In this document: one piece after another, positions 20,476-31,128 of the stretch
Numbering within the stretch: the stretch's first letter is position 1
Layout: each line of letters begins with the position of its first letter
From: Microcoleus sp.
GTDB taxonomy: Bacteria > Cyanobacteriota > Cyanobacteriia > Cyanobacteriales > Microcoleaceae
Length of the DNA stretch: 64,000 bases
Assembly: GCA_052279835.1 (NCBI GenBank)
Contig: CP181291.1
Location: 992,001 to 1,056,000 of the forward strand
Direction: 5' to 3'
Made by a program: the position numbers and the translations under genes
Notes under the pieces: generated by a model
Databases searched by the model: none
What the model saw: only the letters and a program-made list of their open reading frames with translations
Told to the model about the DNA's origin: nothing

Positions 20476-21558
20476 ATGACCAATAAAAATACACAACCTG
20501 ATGAGGGTATTTTCGATTCTGCTCTGGCTAACCAACGTCCAGTACCAGAAACCTTCTTCCTAGATTTTTCGGCTGACGAAACAATTGCCCAGAATCTTCA
20601 CCAATCCGATGAAGCTGTGCAGCGTCGGATACGCCAATTCATGGAAGCAGCTAATAGTCCAACTCAATTTTTATTTAACTTCCAGACATACGGTAATGAT
20701 TCCGATGAAGAAGTAGCAGCAGATTTAAGCGGTGGAGCAATTGCTGCAATTGACTCTACAGATGTTTTACCTGTTACTGACTTAATGAATACTTCCTTTT
20801 ATGGCGTTGGAGTTGGATGTATTACAAGTCGGAATCGCCATGCCCCAGAGGTTGTTTTGACTACTACAAACACTTGCTATACAAGACCTGATGAGATTGC
20901 ATTGAACAATACTGATTTGTTGAGTTTATGCAAAGAATTAGACAAAGTTCGCGAGACTAAAGGATCTTGGGCAACTACATTTCGAGAATACCAAGAACGA
21001 GAGGTCGGAATTTCCTGTGAGCAACAAACCGTGCTGCTAGATGGGCCTGTTTTTACTCAAAACTTGATTACTCAGCATTCGGGACGAGAACTGTATTCTA
21101 GGATGATGGAAACAGGGAAGCGTTTTATTGGTGTGATCAAAGATTTGGGGAGTTCCTGGGCAATTAGTAAGTGGACAGCAATGAGTTTAGAGCGAGGGGA
21201 AGGATTTGTGCTGTGTCCTATTCAAGAGCAGTATAAAATCCGGTTTGGAGATAACAGAAGCATTAACCAATGGATTGGTGCATTACCTGGGCAGTATGTC
21301 CGGGTCGTTTATCGTCCTGCTGAGAAAGCCTTTGCTTTTGAATGCGCTCTAGCTGATTTATCATACGCAGTTAGCCTATTGCGACAAGATGCTAGCCCAA
21401 CAATTAACCACGAAATACCGCTTTTGCTGGAAACAGTTGATTGGCATCTCAGAGGAAGCAATAACTCCCAGGCAATTAAACACTCCTTTATTGGCGAAAT
21501 CCAGCGCAATAACTACCGTATGGGAGTAGATATTACAAATGAAGGTAACTACCGATGA
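20476..21558 (+). CDS. NurA-like nuclease (RNase H fold)
   Basis: IAAIDST, EYQERE, VLLDGPV, FIGVIK and HEIPLLLETVD correspond to NurA motifs; ATGA overlap with the HerA-like gene. Confidence 0.72.
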   Translation: MTNKNTQPDEGIFDSALANQRPVPETFFLDFSADETIAQNLHQSDEAVQRRIRQFMEAANSPTQFLFNFQTYGNDSDEEVAADLSGGAIAAIDSTDVLPVTDLMNTSFYGVGVGCITSRNRHAPEVVLTTTNTCYTRPDEIALNNTDLLSLCKELDKVRETKGSWATTFREYQEREVGISCEQQTVLLDGPVFTQNLITQHSGRELYSRMMETGKRFIGVIKDLGSSWAISKWTAMSLERGEGFVLCPIQEQYKIRFGDNRSINQWIGALPGQYVRVVYRPAEKAFAFECALADLSYAVSLLRQDASPTINHEIPLLLETVDWHLRGSNNSQAIKHSFIGEIQRNNYRMGVDITNEGNYR

Positions 21559-23339
21559 CACTAATTCAAATTCCTGACACAATCAATTCCGACTTAAGTT
21601 TAATCTGTGGCTACACTTTTAATCAGCCAGAATTATCAGCCAACGATTTTGTGATCGTTGAAGATCGCGCCAGCCAAAGGAACTATTTTGGACAAGTTGT
21701 TGGGCCACAAGCCAACTTAAATCGCTCGGCACTTGGCCCACAAGACAATGCGACAATCAATGCTTTTGAGCAGTTAGAGCAGAATAACTACACTCGTGAA
21801 GTTGTAGTTCGGGAGGTTTATTTTTACCAGGTAAACCTGATTAAAGATATTACCCAAGACCCACCAAGTAGCGTTCGTCGGCGACCCCAAATTGGATCTA
21901 TTGCCAGACAAGCAACAGAAGATGATATCATCAGATACTTAAGCTTGCCTCCTGCGGATGAACGCTATCGAATTGGACAAATTATCGATACAAATATTGG
22001 CGTTTATGTCAATCCCAGAACTCTTTTTTATCAAAGCTTGATTGCTGGTTCAACTGGGAGCGGAAAAACTAATTCTTGCGCCAATTACATCCGCGCAGCA
22101 TTACAAATGGACTTTGCGGTTATCATTTACGATCACAAACCTGATTATCAGCATATTAATAGACTCAATCAAGATGCCATAGACATTTTAAATCGAAATG
22201 GTCAAACAGACCAAGACACAACCTGGATTGAAGGAGTTAATGCTGATTTTTACTACTTGGGAGAGGAATCAACTGCCTTTCAAGGTACTCCAATTGCTAT
22301 TCCTGCCTCAGAGTTCGATCCAGCAGTTCTGGCAGCAGTAATGTACTATCCTCCTAATGAAACTAACTCTCGTGAAGAATTCGAGACTTTATTAGAAGAA
22401 TTCGACGACGAGCGACAGGCAGAGCAGAATGGTAACGAGAGAGCAATTTGGACACTAAGCGACTTTTTCCGATGGGTCACTAGCAACAATGATCGAAATT
22501 GGCAGCCGCCTGCTCATACAGGTGATCGTTTTGCTGGACGCCAGAGATCCACCTATGACGCAATGGTAAAGAAAATGCTCCGCCGGAATCGTCGTCCGGC
22601 TTGGGTTGACGGTGGGCTACCAATCCGTCCAACGGCGAATGCTAACGGTAATAGAAATATCAGACCCGATCCAAATGCCGCTATATTAGGTCTTACTCAA
22701 ACCCCTCAGCAACCACAATGGTTTGATCCTACTGAGCTATTAAAACGTGGAAAAGCATTAGTTATCCGTGTAGGACAGGCAGGTGGAGGACGTGACTATG
22801 GCTTATTCCTAAACTATATGCTTAAACGAGTTTACGAGCTCAAAGAGCAACGCAAGATTAATTTCCCAGTCCTGCATCATATTGATGAAGCTCAAGATCT
22901 CTTCAATGGTAGTAAACAGTTTGCCTCTGCAATAGGAAATGTTCTTAGTGAAGGAGTCCGTAAAGGCAGAAGCCGACAAATTGCTTTTACTATTGCTGTT
23001 CAGAGCGCGGCTCAGATACCTGATGATATCTTGAATAATTTAAACACTCGCATTATTCATCGGCATAACCGAGCCAGTGAAGCACAGAGAGCATTGGAGA
23101 AAGCCGCAGATGCCCAAATTTCGATGACCAAGAATTTTGGGCCTGGTGAAGCACTTGTCGATCTATTTGGTGCTTCAGCAGTAGTTAATGCCAGAATGCG
23201 TTTATCGCCTTTTCAGCTTACTACTGAGGAGTTATTGCAGCAGCAAGAACAACAGCAGCAGCCACACCAAGAGCAACAGCAGCAAGAACAACAACCACAC
23301 CAAGAAATATCGGCAGAGAACGAAGACATACCGTTTTAA
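21555..23339 (+). CDS. HerA/FtsK-superfamily ATPase (DUF87) with Q-rich tail ending EDIPF
   Basis: HAS-barrel-like N-terminus, Walker A GSTGSGKT, IIYDHKPDY, Walker B HHIDEAQ, RKGRS..IAFTIAVQ. Confidence 0.88.
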   Translation: MTLIQIPDTINSDLSLICGYTFNQPELSANDFVIVEDRASQRNYFGQVVGPQANLNRSALGPQDNATINAFEQLEQNNYTREVVVREVYFYQVNLIKDITQDPPSSVRRRPQIGSIARQATEDDIIRYLSLPPADERYRIGQIIDTNIGVYVNPRTLFYQSLIAGSTGSGKTNSCANYIRAALQMDFAVIIYDHKPDYQHINRLNQDAIDILNRNGQTDQDTTWIEGVNADFYYLGEESTAFQGTPIAIPASEFDPAVLAAVMYYPPNETNSREEFETLLEEFDDERQAEQNGNERAIWTLSDFFRWVTSNNDRNWQPPAHTGDRFAGRQRSTYDAMVKKMLRRNRRPAWVDGGLPIRPTANANGNRNIRPDPNAAILGLTQTPQQPQWFDPTELLKRGKALVIRVGQAGGGRDYGLFLNYMLKRVYELKEQRKINFPVLHHIDEAQDLFNGSKQFASAIGNVLSEGVRKGRSRQIAFTIAVQSAAQIPDDILNNLNTRIIHRHNRASEAQRALEKAADAQISMTKNFGPGEALVDLFGASAVVNARMRLSPFQLTTEELLQQQEQQQQPHQEQQQQEQQPHQEISAENEDIPF

Positions 23340-23480
23340 ATGCAAGGATATCATAAAAAATTTTTGACTAAAAAAATCGAGCCCATGCAAAAGATACTAA
23401 ATCAACAGCCAGCAGTTCTGGCTTCATCTTCTATCGTCCTAACTGTGGTTATCGGTAGTCAGGAGGAAATCAATCAATGA
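23340..23480 (+). CDS. 46-aa small ORF (below the ORF-track cutoff)
   Basis: ATG directly follows the HerA TAA and its TGA overlaps the MTase ATG (ATGA); MQGYHKKFLTKKIEPMQKILNQQPAVLASSSIVLTVVIGSQEEINQ. Confidence 0.5.
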   Translation: MQGYHKKFLTKKIEPMQKILNQQPAVLASSSIVLTVVIGSQEEINQ

Positions 23481-24745
23481 AAGAGCCTTCATTTGAACAC
23501 GAATTTGCTATTATCCCCACCATTGTTAGTGGCAATCAAGAAACTGTTGTTGTCCAATTTTTGAAAGCAGCGACGGAATTATTAAGCAAAGCTAAAACTC
23601 TAGAAGAAATTCAGGAGGTTTGGCAAAAAGTAAGTGCGCTGGAAGCTCTATCTAAAAAATTCCGGTTAAGTAAGGATGTGCAGCTTGACGCTACTGAATT
23701 GCGGATTCGGATTGAACGTCGATTAGGAGAAATGTTAAGCAAAAAAAATCAAAGCGGAGAAGGAGGTATAAAAAAACAGAATCAAAACTCAGTTAAGGTG
23801 GATTTGGATTTGGAGAATGCTAAAAGCATCCCATCAAGTCTTAATTTTACCAAAAATGATTTGTCAAAATTCCAGGAACTTGCAAGCACTCCACAAAAAC
23901 TATTTGAGGCTGTTGTAACTGATTTGAGGACTGAAGCAGTCATTAAAAGGCAGGCAGCTTTATCCACAACTGGAATACTACGGGCTATTCGGAATGAACA
24001 TAAAAAAGATAGCGAACCACTATTTAGCCCTATTATCAAGCCTTCTGACAACTGGAACTTTAGCACGATTCAATATGGTAGAATCGATGAAGAATTGGGG
24101 GAATACAGAGGTTACATCCCTGGAGAAATTTATGCTAACTGCTTCTGGTACTATGTCAAACCAGGGGATTTAGTAATTGCACCAATGGCTGGCTCTGGTC
24201 AGGTTTTGCGAGTGTATGAAGCTCGTGAAGAATGGATGGGTCAGCACATTTATGATTTTCAATTAAAAATGTTTGATCTGACTCCACGCGGGAAGTACAA
24301 AGATTTAATTACTCAACATGATTTGACAAAAAGCTTCCCGGTTGAGCATCCTGATTACATTGTCATGGACATTCCTTATTATGGGATGGTTGCCCAACAG
24401 TATTCTAACAAGGCTGAAGATTTAGCTAACATGGCTTTAGAAGATTGGCAGATAGCGATCGCTAGAATTGCTAAAAATTGTGCCACCGCCCAAAAAACAG
24501 GAACTCTTTGCACTGTTATTTCTCCGAATTATCGGGATGTAGCCAATGGTTTAATTGTGATGGTTACAGATATAATCCGCTCTTTGTGGGAGTCTGCTGG
24601 CTATACGCTTTACGATAAAGCTTATTCAAGTCGAAGAATTCAGCAAAATCAAACCCCACAGATGGCGCGAATGAATAATCAAGCTAAAGCTAATCGAATT
24701 ATGCTGACTGACATCACAGAGATTTTGACATTTCGGAGGGGATAA
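23477..24745 (+). CDS. Putative N6A/N4C DNA methyltransferase with helical N-terminal domain
   Basis: SAM-binding motif I VIAPMAGSG; catalytic motif IV-like VMDIPYY; AGGAGG RBS. Confidence 0.75.
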   Translation: MKEPSFEHEFAIIPTIVSGNQETVVVQFLKAATELLSKAKTLEEIQEVWQKVSALEALSKKFRLSKDVQLDATELRIRIERRLGEMLSKKNQSGEGGIKKQNQNSVKVDLDLENAKSIPSSLNFTKNDLSKFQELASTPQKLFEAVVTDLRTEAVIKRQAALSTTGILRAIRNEHKKDSEPLFSPIIKPSDNWNFSTIQYGRIDEELGEYRGYIPGEIYANCFWYYVKPGDLVIAPMAGSGQVLRVYEAREEWMGQHIYDFQLKMFDLTPRGKYKDLITQHDLTKSFPVEHPDYIVMDIPYYGMVAQQYSNKAEDLANMALEDWQIAIARIAKNCATAQKTGTLCTVISPNYRDVANGLIVMVTDIIRSLWESAGYTLYDKAYSSRRIQQNQTPQMARMNNQAKANRIMLTDITEILTFRRG

Positions 24746-24750
24746 AGGAA

Positions 24751-26734
24751 ATGGATTTAGAAACATTACTCGATCGCATAAACCTTGGAGAAGACCAAGA
24801 CATTGAATTTAAGTCTGCTGACGGTGGTTTCCCCAAGGAAGTTTGGAAAACTGTATCAGCATTTGCAAATACAGATGGTGGCTATATTGTTCTAGGTGTC
24901 ACGGAAAATCGAAATCGGTTCGAGATTTCAGGTGTCCGCAATCCTAACGTTTTACTTAAAGAGTTTTGGAATAATCATAATAATCTGCAAAAACTGAGCT
25001 TCTCAATTTGCGGCAATTCTGACTTACAAACTTTGAAGATAGAAGATCGTAATTTAGTTATTATTAAAGTTCCCAGAGCAACAAGAACGCAACGCCCAGT
25101 TTATATTAATAAAAATCCCATGATGGGAACCTATAAACGTAACCATGACGGGGATTATCCTTGCACTGATGATGAAGTTCGTCAAATGTTGCGCGATGCC
25201 AGCAACGATCCTCAAGATATCCAAATTTTAGATAACTTTGACCTGGGCGACCTCGATCCAGAAACTTTAAAATCTTTTCGCCAACGGTTTAGTTCCAGAG
25301 AACCAGATCATCCTTGGCTCGGATTCGACGATCGCAATTTATTGATTCAGTTAGGCGGATGGAGGCGCGATAGAAATACTGATAAAGAAGGGTTAACTAT
25401 AGCTGGTTTACTGATGTTTGGGAGAGGAAATAGTATTTTAGATGCACTTCCCCGCTATCAACTAGACTATCAAGAACGACTGTCTAACGATCCAGAAGTT
25501 CGCTGGACATATCGGCTGACACTTGATGGCAAGTGGGAGCCGAATCTTTTCAATTTTTATTATCGCGTCTATAGTCGTTTAGTTAATGATTTAGATATTC
25601 CCTTTAAACTAGATAAAGATGCCGTGAGACGAGGAGAAACTCATGTTCATGAAGCTGTTCGAGAGGCTCTGGTCAATGCTTTAATTCATGCCGATCATTT
25701 ATCTTCTCGTCCTGTTATAGTAACTAAGTTTCCTAATGGTTTTTTATTCACTAATCCCGGTCGATTAAGGATTTCTCTTTTGCAACTTTATGATGGGGGT
25801 ATCAGCGATCCGCGCAATCCTAAACTGCAAACGATGTTTCAAATGCTTGGTTTAGGTGAAAAAGCAGGCTCTGGTTTTAGAAAGATTCTAAGAGCATGGA
25901 AAGAACAACAATGGTTTAGGCCACTCGTGTCAGAAAAATTCGATTTAGAAATGACATCAGTTGCCCTACCAATGCTTAGTTTAATTCCCGAAGACGTTGA
26001 GCAAGAACTAAAAGAAATAGTGGGAGATAACTACTGTCAATTAACAGAATTAGACCGGATTATTTTGGTATTAGCGCATCAGTTTGGAAAAATTAGTAAT
26101 AGTGACATTCAGTGTTACAGACAGGAACATCCTAGAGATATAGGAGAGTGCCTCAAGCACTTGGTCAATAACGGCTGGTTGGCGCAATCAGGACGTGGGC
26201 GTGGAACCCAGTACGCTCTACCAAATAAAGGTCAATCGGATTTGCTTTCACTACTTCCAAGCTCCGAACATAACGAGCCTAGCTCCGAACATAACGAGCC
26301 TAGCTCCGAACATAACGAGCCTAGCTCCGTGCATAATGAGCCTAGCTCCGTGCGTAACCATCCTAACTCCGTGCATAATGAATCAAGCTCCGTGCATAAC
26401 GAGCCTAACTCTGTGCATAATAATGAAAACTTATTTTTACTAGAAATAGCTACTCCTGTTCGAGAAAAGAATCGGGTAAGTCCTGAGTTGATGAGAAATA
26501 CTATTCTGACACTGTGCTCGGAAAGATATTTAACTGTCAAAAGATTAGCTGAACTATTGAATCGCAGTTTCTGAAACAATTAGGACTCATTTTATTAATC
26601 CAATGTTGTCAGAAAAATTACTAGAACTCAAATATCCTGACGAACCAACTCATCCTCAGCAAGCATACAGAACCTTGTTGTCTCAAGGAATCACCAAGAT
26701 TTTTGATACTCCTTCATCTCCCGAAACCCCATAA
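24751..26734 (+). CDS. AlbA_2/Schlafen-domain + HATPase-like + HTH protein; +1 frameshift at 26568-26570
   Basis: EDQDIEFKS, VSAFANTDGGYIVLGV, REALVNALIH.D, NPG, EKAGSG; shifted frame continues SETIRTHFINPML..KLLELKYPDEPTHPQQAYRT to TAA 26734. Confidence 0.85.
26260..26424 (+). repeat. In-frame 21-bp tandem repeat, ~8 units (SSEHNEP/SSVHNEP)
   Basis: AGCTCCGAACATAACGAGCCT x3 perfect, then degenerate units. Confidence 0.95.
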
Positions 26735-26851
26735 AAGATCGTTGACACCAACTATCAGCCCGCGACAGCGGAACCTAAAACTTTGCGCCACTCAATTGCT
26801 AATCACTAATCACCCCAAGGCAATTAGCAATTAGCAATCTTACCCAAACGA

Positions 26852-27322
26852 TCACATTTTACTGATAATTCTCTGCACGATTTCCACGCCTGTTACCGCT
26901 TGCCAGCCAAACAGCCCCAGCATCGCCACATTCAGAAAGATGTGAGTATATCTGGCAAAATCATTACCTTTTTGCATCAAAGGAGTCAGCGACGCAGATA
27001 TCGCAATAATTGCCGTCATGCCTAACCCTGCTAGCAAGTGGGAACCCACGAACAATTTGCCGTTATTGATATAGGTGACAGCCATACCGCCGATCGAACC
27101 CGTTACCATCAAGGCTAGCAGCAAAGAACCCATCTGGTGATGCTTCAGGTTGAATTTGCCCTTAATTAACTCTTTTTTGACCTCGCCTTCGGCACTCCTG
27201 GTGCGCCGGATTTGAACGCCGAGATACAAAGCATAAAATGAGATTGCTAGCAATACCCACATTAACACTGGGTGGAAAAATTGGCTCCAAACTTTCACAG
27301 ACTGCGGAATTTCCAGATTCAT
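26852..27322 (-). CDS. DUF4079 family membrane protein
   Basis: FFHPVLMW, HHQMGS, NNGKLFVGSHL. Confidence 0.8.
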   Translation of the reverse strand: MNLEIPQSVKVWSQFFHPVLMWVLLAISFYALYLGVQIRRTRSAEGEVKKELIKGKFNLKHHQMGSLLLALMVTGSIGGMAVTYINNGKLFVGSHLLAGLGMTAIIAISASLTPLMQKGNDFARYTHIFLNVAMLGLFGWQAVTGVEIVQRIISKM

Positions 27323-27418
27323 GGTGTTTTCAGGATTAGCAAAAATACTTCATAAAACTTAGCATACCAGTCAGGCCGTCTCATGCGACGGTACAAATAT
27401 ATAAAATGAGACACTGTT

Positions 27419-28900
27419 ATGCCTGCCACTAAACAAGACGCTTTATTAATCCAAGCTGCCAAAACTGGCAACATTATTCACGTACAAGCCTTACTCGCTA
27501 AGGGTGTTAATCCAGACTCCAAAGACTCTGAGGGGACGACAGCTTTGATGTTTGCGGCCCAAAAGGGCTATGCCGAAATCGTGCGTACTATACTAAATAA
27601 TGGCGCTAATGTCAATCAGGTAAGAAGGCGTTTTGGGCTGACGGCTTTGATGCTTGCTGCGGCTCACAAGCAGGCTGATTCTGTGCGACTGTTGTTGGCT
27701 GGGGGGGCCGATGTTAATGCTAAAAATGATGATGGGAGTACGGCTTTGATGGCGGCTTGCCTCAAAGGTGATATCAATGTGGTGCGACTGTTACTTGCTG
27801 CTGATGCTGATGTGAACGTGCGCGATCGCGATGGAGATTATGCTCTGAAAATAGCTGCTTTATCGGGGAATCAAGCTATTGTCAAAGCTTTGGCTGATGC
27901 TGGTGCTGTTGCAGATAATTATATCCTATTTTTAGTAGTTAGTCAAGGTCGCCCTGAAATTATCCGAATTTTGCTCAATTGTGGCGCTGATGTTAATGTT
28001 AAAAATTCCGATAGCAAAACTGCTTTGATGGAGGCTGCTGCTGCGGGTAATTTGTCCGTGGTAGAGGTGTTGTTGGCGGAGGGTGCTGATGTCAGAATTC
28101 CCGATAAAGATGGTGAAACTGCTTTAACTTTGGCTGCTGATTTTGGTCATATTGATGTGGTGCAGGTTTTGCTGCGTGCCGGTGCTGATGTGAATGGGAA
28201 AAATGGGGATGGGGGAACGGCTTTGATGGCTGCTGCTGCTGGGGGAAATTTGCCGATCGCCCATATCTTACTCGATGCTGGTGCCGATATCAATGCTAAG
28301 GACAAAGATGATGAAACTGCTTTAAATTTTGCTGTTGTCGAAGGCTATGAGGATGTTGTGGAATTGCTGTTAAACCGCGGCGCTAGCGTTGGTGCTAGAA
28401 ATCGGTTGGGCGATACCCCGTTACTGGTGGCTGCTGTTCACGGTTACAGTGCGATCCTATCAGCTTTGTTGCAAAAAGTCAATCACGATAATGCTGATTT
28501 TCTGAATGCTAAAAACTTTGAGGAGACTGCTTTAACTCTGGCGGCTTTTCAAGGACATACTGAGACAGTAAAGGCTTTGCTCGAAGGTGGTGTTGACCCT
28601 AATATCGCAGGGGAGCAAGGAAAAACGGCTTTAATGAAAGCCTGTATTCGAGGTCATGTGGCGATCGCCCAATTATTAGTTGACAACGGTGCTGATGTCA
28701 ATAGGCGGGATGCTTCCGGTGCCACTGCTTTAATGTGGGCGGCCCATCGGGGTGCTGTCAGTGCTGTGAAGATTTTAATTGATGCCGGTGCGGATATAAA
28801 TCATAAAAATCAGGGGAATTATACGGCTTTAATGCTGGCTGAATTTAACGGTTATAAAGATGTGGTGAAACTGCTCAAAAGTGCTGGAGCAAGAGAATAA
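27419..28900 (+). CDS. Ankyrin repeat protein
   Basis: Repeated G.TALM.AA..G...VV.LLL..GADVN units. Confidence 0.95.
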   Translation: MPATKQDALLIQAAKTGNIIHVQALLAKGVNPDSKDSEGTTALMFAAQKGYAEIVRTILNNGANVNQVRRRFGLTALMLAAAHKQADSVRLLLAGGADVNAKNDDGSTALMAACLKGDINVVRLLLAADADVNVRDRDGDYALKIAALSGNQAIVKALADAGAVADNYILFLVVSQGRPEIIRILLNCGADVNVKNSDSKTALMEAAAAGNLSVVEVLLAEGADVRIPDKDGETALTLAADFGHIDVVQVLLRAGADVNGKNGDGGTALMAAAAGGNLPIAHILLDAGADINAKDKDDETALNFAVVEGYEDVVELLLNRGASVGARNRLGDTPLLVAAVHGYSAILSALLQKVNHDNADFLNAKNFEETALTLAAFQGHTETVKALLEGGVDPNIAGEQGKTALMKACIRGHVAIAQLLVDNGADVNRRDASGATALMWAAHRGAVSAVKILIDAGADINHKNQGNYTALMLAEFNGYKDVVKLLKSAGARE

Positions 28901-28988
28901 TATCGGTGTTATCCTTAAATTTGTAGTAAGGACTTCTGTCCTTTCTTTGTCTGACGAGCGATCGCGACCTTAGTCCTTACTACCAACC

Positions 28989-29930
28989 TCAATCTGTTCG
29001 CCTTACCCAACCATTAATCGTAAAGCGACTGTCAGCAAAAGCTTTCGAGGGACAACTAACTGGCAAAACTTCGTGCATATAGCGACTCAGAAAAAATACG
29101 ATGCTATTATTGCGAGGTTCAACAGTTTTAAAAGAGTCAGCCGCTACATAAAAATTGTTCTCAATTTTGCTATCATAAATCTGCAATTCTCCGCCAGTAA
29201 ACGCCTTGGGTTCTCGATTGAAATAGTAAACATAGGTGAAAAATCTGGTTGCTGTTTCTGGAGAGCCACTATCGTTATGAAGTTTGTAATAATTATTGTC
29301 GTTGTGCAGCGTTAATTGAGCTTCTATATCACCAACAGAAAATGAAGGTAGGTTTAATTTTCGCAGCACGTCGGGGAGAATAGCTTTAATGCGATTAATC
29401 ATCAGTTGTGAAAATTCGGGGAAGGAATGGAGAACCATAGAACGCCGATAATCTTCGGCCTTGGTTGAGGTGCTGGTACTCACAAATTCTGATTCTTTTG
29501 CTAAAACATATTTGATGAGTTTATTTTTTTCACTGGCTGTGAGGAAGTTCTCAATTTGGGCGTAGCGAGATATTAAGTCGTCGTTTACATGAGCAGGAAT
29601 TATAGGAATCTCTAGGGGAATTTCTGGCGGAATCTCTACCGGAACTTCTGGCTGTGGCGGTGGCAGTTGAGCTAAGTAAATGGGCGGTTCGGTGACTAAT
29701 CCCACTAGGTGTTCGCTGGGAAAACAAAGTGCGGATCGCCCTTCGTCTATGGGAATCTGAAATAAAGTGGGAAAACCGGGGTTCTGTTGGGTGCGATCGA
29801 CTAAGGTTTTAACCAGATTGTGCAATAAGGGGGCGTCAGATTTGAGGGTAATTGTGCATTGATGTCCGCCCGCGAGCAGGATTTTAACTTTGACATCTTG
29901 GGGTTTAATTTGCGGTTGAGTGTAAGTCAT
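28989..29930 (-). CDS. 2OG-Fe(II) oxygenase (prolyl 4-hydroxylase-like)
   Basis: H.D (LHND), FTGGEL, HEV, SRFTINGW. Confidence 0.88.
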   Translation of the reverse strand: MTYTQPQIKPQDVKVKILLAGGHQCTITLKSDAPLLHNLVKTLVDRTQQNPGFPTLFQIPIDEGRSALCFPSEHLVGLVTEPPIYLAQLPPPQPEVPVEIPPEIPLEIPIIPAHVNDDLISRYAQIENFLTASEKNKLIKYVLAKESEFVSTSTSTKAEDYRRSMVLHSFPEFSQLMINRIKAILPDVLRKLNLPSFSVGDIEAQLTLHNDNNYYKLHNDSGSPETATRFFTYVYYFNREPKAFTGGELQIYDSKIENNFYVAADSFKTVEPRNNSIVFFLSRYMHEVLPVSCPSKAFADSRFTINGWVRRTD

Positions 29931-30173
29931 AATTTTTTCAGGACTGGATGGAAAACTAGCTAAAGATATGATTCGGAAGTAAAATAATTAGGTAGGGATA
30001 CAACAGTTTTGTTTCTCTGCAATATGATACACAATTAGTGGGGACACAAACAAGACTGTTTATTGGTGTGATGGTCGATCGCCAAAAATTGAGGTTAATG
30101 GGGGAAAGAGTTAAGGAACCGCAGAGGGCACAGAGAGCACAGAGGATGGAAAAGAAGAAGGAGAGGAATAGTC

Positions 30174-30239
30174 ATGAAAGCAGAGTATGATTTTAGTCAG
30201 GGTAAGCCAGGGGCGATCGAGCTAAAATTACCTGGGTAA
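30174..30239 (+). pseudogene. BrnA/CopG-like antitoxin N-terminal fragment
   Basis: GAGG RBS then MKAEYDFSQGKPGAIE, a typical start for this antitoxin family; stops after 21 codons. Confidence 0.5.
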
Positions 30240-30374
30240 ACTCTAATATTCCACTTATATTGGTATTGATTGGAACGCACCTTATTTTTGGTTGGGAATT
30301 GAACACAGTTGCAGCCAGACAAAGCATTAGACATCTTGCTACAATGTTTTTATACAGTTCAAGTCATGCACAAT

Positions 30375-30749
30375 ATGTCCCTAATCAGCGCCCCAGCAAA
30401 ATTTCAAGCAACCTCTCCCCCTTTCCGTTGGGATGAAGCGGGAGGTATCCGTATAGGTTCGAGTCGAGTTACCCTAGATAGCATACTTGCTTCATACCAC
30501 AATGGCTCCACTCCCGAAGAAATCGCTATTCAGTATTCAGTTGTTCGCTTAGAAGACATATACAGTACCATTGCTTATTATCTCAACCATCGTCAGGAAA
30601 TTGACAGTTATTTGGAGCAGCGCAGCCAACAATCTCAGCAACTGAGACAACAACTTTCTCAAAAACACAATTTAGTCGATCTGAGACAACGTTTGCTTGC
30701 TCGTTATCAGTCAAAAGGGGAGTCGATACCAATTGCGCCTTCTAACTGA
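30375..30749 (+). CDS. DUF433 antitoxin-like protein
   Basis: IRIGSSRVTLD.I...Y.NG.TPEEIA.QY..V.LEDIY..IAYY. Confidence 0.88.
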   Translation: MSLISAPAKFQATSPPFRWDEAGGIRIGSSRVTLDSILASYHNGSTPEEIAIQYSVVRLEDIYSTIAYYLNHRQEIDSYLEQRSQQSQQLRQQLSQKHNLVDLRQRLLARYQSKGESIPIAPSN

Positions 30750-31089
30750 TGAAAATTTTAATGGAGCCATATTGCGTGGGCTGGTGAGGCGTTTGCCTGA
30801 ATTGGATATTGTTCGTGTCCAAGATGTAGGGCTGATTCACACTGACGATCCAGATATTTTAGAATGGGCAGCTAATGAGGGACGCATCTTACTTACCCAT
30901 GATGTAGCCACTATTACGATGTATGCCTACGATCGAGTCAATCAAGGACTACCTATGCTTGGAGTTGTTGAGGTTATTGCAACAGCACCCATTGGTAAGA
31001 TAATTGATGATTTAGAACTATTTATTTGTTGCAGTCAGCCTGATGAATATGAAGGTCAAATTCTTTTCATCCCTTTCCCTATACTGTGA
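30733..31089 (+). CDS. DUF5615 PIN-like toxin
   Basis: LLTDEN, VQDVGL...DDPDILEWA..EGRILLTHD; start (TTG 30733) uncertain. Confidence 0.85.
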   Translation: MRLLTDENFNGAILRGLVRRLPELDIVRVQDVGLIHTDDPDILEWAANEGRILLTHDVATITMYAYDRVNQGLPMLGVVEVIATAPIGKIIDDLELFICCSQPDEYEGQILFIPFPIL

Positions 31090-31128
31090 TTGGGTTAGAT
31101 AGTCGGTGGAATCTATCGTTTTAAAGCT

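Noticed and set aside
26260..26424. Possible CRISPR or guide array for the island
   Set aside because: Head-to-tail 21-bp coding repeat without spacers
26735..26850. attR (tRNA-Cys 3' duplication) or integrase bounding the island
   Set aside because: No copy of the tRNA 3' end and no integrase seen; island status rests on position, gene content and HIP1 scarcity only
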